IMG/VR virus record: IMGVR_UViG_2529292834_000009 | Span: 1 to 8,375 of that record | Strand: one strand, 5' to 3' | Length of the DNA stretch: 8,375 bases | Origin: a virus | Taxonomy: Duplodnaviria; Heunggongvirae; Uroviricota; Caudoviricetes | Shown here: positions 6,869 to 8,375 of the stretch, in pieces | Layout of the letters: each line of letters begins with the position of its first letter | Numbering within the stretch: the stretch's first letter is position 1 | Program-made: the position numbers and the translations under genes | Notes under the pieces: model-generated | Database searches by the model: none | What the model was told of the DNA's origin: nothing | What the model saw: the letters and a program-made list of their open reading frames with translations, nothing else

Positions 6869-7573
6869 ATGGCTACATCGACAGTAATTCCAGGAGATAT
6901 CACCACGCTAAAGGGAGATGTCAGTAAAACTAAGGAAGATATTTCCTCAATTAACGGAAAAGTATCAACGCTTCAGACTGATATGACCAGTGCAAAGCAG
7001 GATATCAGCACCAGATACACAAAAACTGAAGTTGATAATAAGCTGAAAAACAAACTGGAAGTGAACGATCTGGAAAGCGGTCGTTATGGTGGAGATTTTT
7101 ACCCGTTGACTGGCCGTGAAGCGTTTTATATGTGGGGATTGGGCACGACTACAGCGGCGGCAAACCTTTATCTTAATCCTGACCCTGCAATTTCGTCTGT
7201 ACTGCGGTCAACATCGTCTATTCGCTATAAACATTCAGTAGAGACGATAGATTCAGAGCACGCCGATCTCATTTTCAGGATGCGCCCTGTGTGGTACAGG
7301 TCGCAATACGAAAATGACAGGCGTGACTGGGGATTCTACGGATTGATTGCCGAGGAAGTAGGAGAAATTGCCCCTCAGTTTGTACACTGGCGACCAGCTA
7401 ACGAAGATGATGCTCCTGAAGCTATTTCCAGCAATGGCCTTGTTGCCGAAGGTGTAATGTACGAACGTCTGGTTGTTCCACTGATTCACCATATCCAGAA
7501 GCTGACTGAAAGAGTTGATGAACTTGAGTCAGAATTAAAGTTGTTATCCGTTTCCCGAAGCGATATCGGATAA
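6869..7573 (+). CDS. Short tail-fibre-like protein: N-terminal degenerate repeat segment plus C-terminal domain resembling the self-cleaving intramolecular chaperone (peptidase S74 type) of phage fibres/tailspikes
   Basis: 234 aa; N-terminal about 14-residue degenerate repeats (LKGDVSKTKEDISS / INGKVSTLQTDMTS / AKQDISTRYTKTEV); C-terminal SSIRYKHSVETIDSEHADLIFRMRPVWYRSQYENDRRDWGFYGLIAEEVGEIAPQFV...GLVAEGVMYERLVVPLIHHIQKLTERVDELESELKLL resembles the S-D-x-R-x-K ... GhIAqEv ... coiled C-terminus pattern of S74 chaperone domains; GAGGGAGA SD upstream. Confidence 0.65.
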   Translation: MATSTVIPGDITTLKGDVSKTKEDISSINGKVSTLQTDMTSAKQDISTRYTKTEVDNKLKNKLEVNDLESGRYGGDFYPLTGREAFYMWGLGTTTAAANLYLNPDPAISSVLRSTSSIRYKHSVETIDSEHADLIFRMRPVWYRSQYENDRRDWGFYGLIAEEVGEIAPQFVHWRPANEDDAPEAISSNGLVAEGVMYERLVVPLIHHIQKLTERVDELESELKLLSVSRSDIG

Positions 7574-7583
7574 AGGAGGAGTA

Positions 7584-7877
7584 ATGGATATAACACCTTT
7601 CCTTCATGCGCTTTGTGCTGTGGCTGCGCAGCTACTGATTGGTCTTTTTACCGGGAACTGGGCTTACGGGGCGATAGCCGGTTGTACGTTCTTCATTGCG
7701 CGTGAACACACCCAGGCAGAATATCGCTGGATCGAAATGTTCGGGCATGGCAAGCGAATGAATATGCCGTGGTGGGGCGGTTTTGATACACGTGCATGGG
7801 ATGTGGCAAGCCTGATGGATTTTGCTGTGCCGGTGGTGGCGTGTCTGCTGGTCTGGCTGTTGGTTAATCGTGGGTGA
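7584..7877 (+). CDS. Small predicted inner-membrane protein (97 aa, two hydrophobic helices), unknown function
   Basis: MDITPFLHALCAVAAQLLIGLFTGNWAYGAIAGCTFFIA...VASLMDFAVPVVACLLVWLLVNRG; strong SD AAGGAGG 7 nt upstream of ATG; Trp/Arg-rich central loop. Confidence 0.5.
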   Translation: MDITPFLHALCAVAAQLLIGLFTGNWAYGAIAGCTFFIAREHTQAEYRWIEMFGHGKRMNMPWWGGFDTRAWDVASLMDFAVPVVACLLVWLLVNRG

Positions 7878-7887
7878 AAAAAGGTGA

Positions 7888-8007
7888 GCTGTATATGCAA
7901 CGGAGGAAGAAAACTCGTTGCTGGAAGCCTGGAAAAAGTATCGGGTGCTGCTAAACCGTGTGGACACTTCCGTAGCACCAGATATCGAGTGGCTTATTCA
8001 ACCATAA
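7888..8007 (+). pseudogene. Tail fibre assembly protein (Tfa) C-terminal remnant, about 39 codons, no start codon
   Basis: Frame translation [39 protein letters not shown] closely matches the conserved C-terminus of lambda-type Tfa (...[33 protein letters not shown]...) by recollection; different frame from the preceding ORF; preceded by an in-frame stop at 7885..7887. Confidence 0.6.
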
Positions 8008-8375
8008 TAAACAGTATGTATATCATAGGTTATTAATTGTGAGTTTTTTCGGTGTGTTATTTGTTTGTTTGATGTTATGCTTTTGCGCCCCAAAAGGTTG
8101 TTTAGATGTATTTTATCAATTGATTTTCAATGTCGTTTAATAAAGAAAAATTAAGCAAGCTGGATGTTGGTTTTTTGTTAATTGAATGGTTCTAATAATG
8201 TTTTTTTACTGTTGTTGAATGTGACTTGATAAGAAATGCAAGTAAAAATGATACTCTTTTTATTTTAAATTCAAACGGTTGACATATATATAGCAAGAGG
8301 TTTCAGGTGCGTTGTAGTGAGTTTATGTTAATAAAAAGTATAGTAAGCGTTGAAAAATGTAACTTTGAAATACGT
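8008..8375. promoter_or_regulatory. AT-rich ORF-free region, probably the upstream/regulatory region of a gene beyond the window
   Basis: No ORF of 60 aa or more; strongly AT-rich with T-runs; TTGACA at 8279..8284 but no convincing -10 at proper spacing. Confidence 0.3.

Noticed and set aside
7253-7978. Minus-strand ORFs 7253..7492, 7422..7607, 7632..7967 and 7664..7978
   Set aside because: All antisense to better-supported + strand ORFs or the Tfa remnant; His/Arg/Ser/Thr-rich low-complexity translations typical of shadow frames.
7584-8007. Possibility that the 97-aa membrane ORF and the Tfa remnant are one gene split by a stop codon
   Set aside because: Codon positions show the Tfa-like frame (codons from 7888) differs from the 7584..7877 frame, and the membrane ORF has no Tfa-like sequence; they are separate entities.
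1-8375. Phage satellite (PICI-like) interpretation because of cos plus small terminase without structural genes
   Set aside because: The window carries a Q antiterminator, full lysis cassette, bor and lambda-type Nu1/A' in canonical lambdoid order. That is the signature of a decayed lambdoid prophage, not a satellite; no integrase, primase or capsid-redirecting genes are visible here.
1-8375. CRISPR arrays, tRNA/rRNA genes, IS elements/transposases
   Set aside because: No regularly spaced direct repeats, no tRNA-like cloverleaf candidates recognised, and no transposase-like ORF or terminal inverted repeats bounding a segment.

Overview
This window reads as the late-region end of a defective lambdoid prophage, with an organisation that matches the E. 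coli DLP12 type. In order: a Q-family antiterminator gene (251..634, +); a hairpin-rich late-promoter/terminator zone; an intact OmpC/OmpF/PhoE-family porin moron on the opposite strand (824..1906, -) with a ~590 bp AT-rich ORF-free upstream region; a lysis cassette (phage-21-type holin with dual start, SAR-type endolysin, lambda-type Rz with embedded Rz1); a Bor lipoprotein gene (-); a small RHH-like ORF (-); a complete lambda-type cos site (right end joined to left end, as in a prophage); an intact Nu1 small terminase gene; and a terminase large subunit gene cut off after about 68 codons. Lambda homology stops at about 5656 and resumes only as a ~39-codon tail-fibre-assembly (Tfa) C-terminal remnant at 7888..8007. 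The ~2.2 kb in between (5657..7887) is the part worth a second look: four co-directional ORFs of unknown function sit where the whole head/tail block should be. I read them as fibre/adhesin-like remnants, but this rests on motif recognition only. The window ends in an AT-rich ORF-free stretch (8008..8375). Most of the window is well-known phage biology; I see no CRISPR array, tRNA/rRNA gene or transposase. All homology statements come from reading the translations and from recollection of lambda/phage 21/DLP12 sequences; no search was run.
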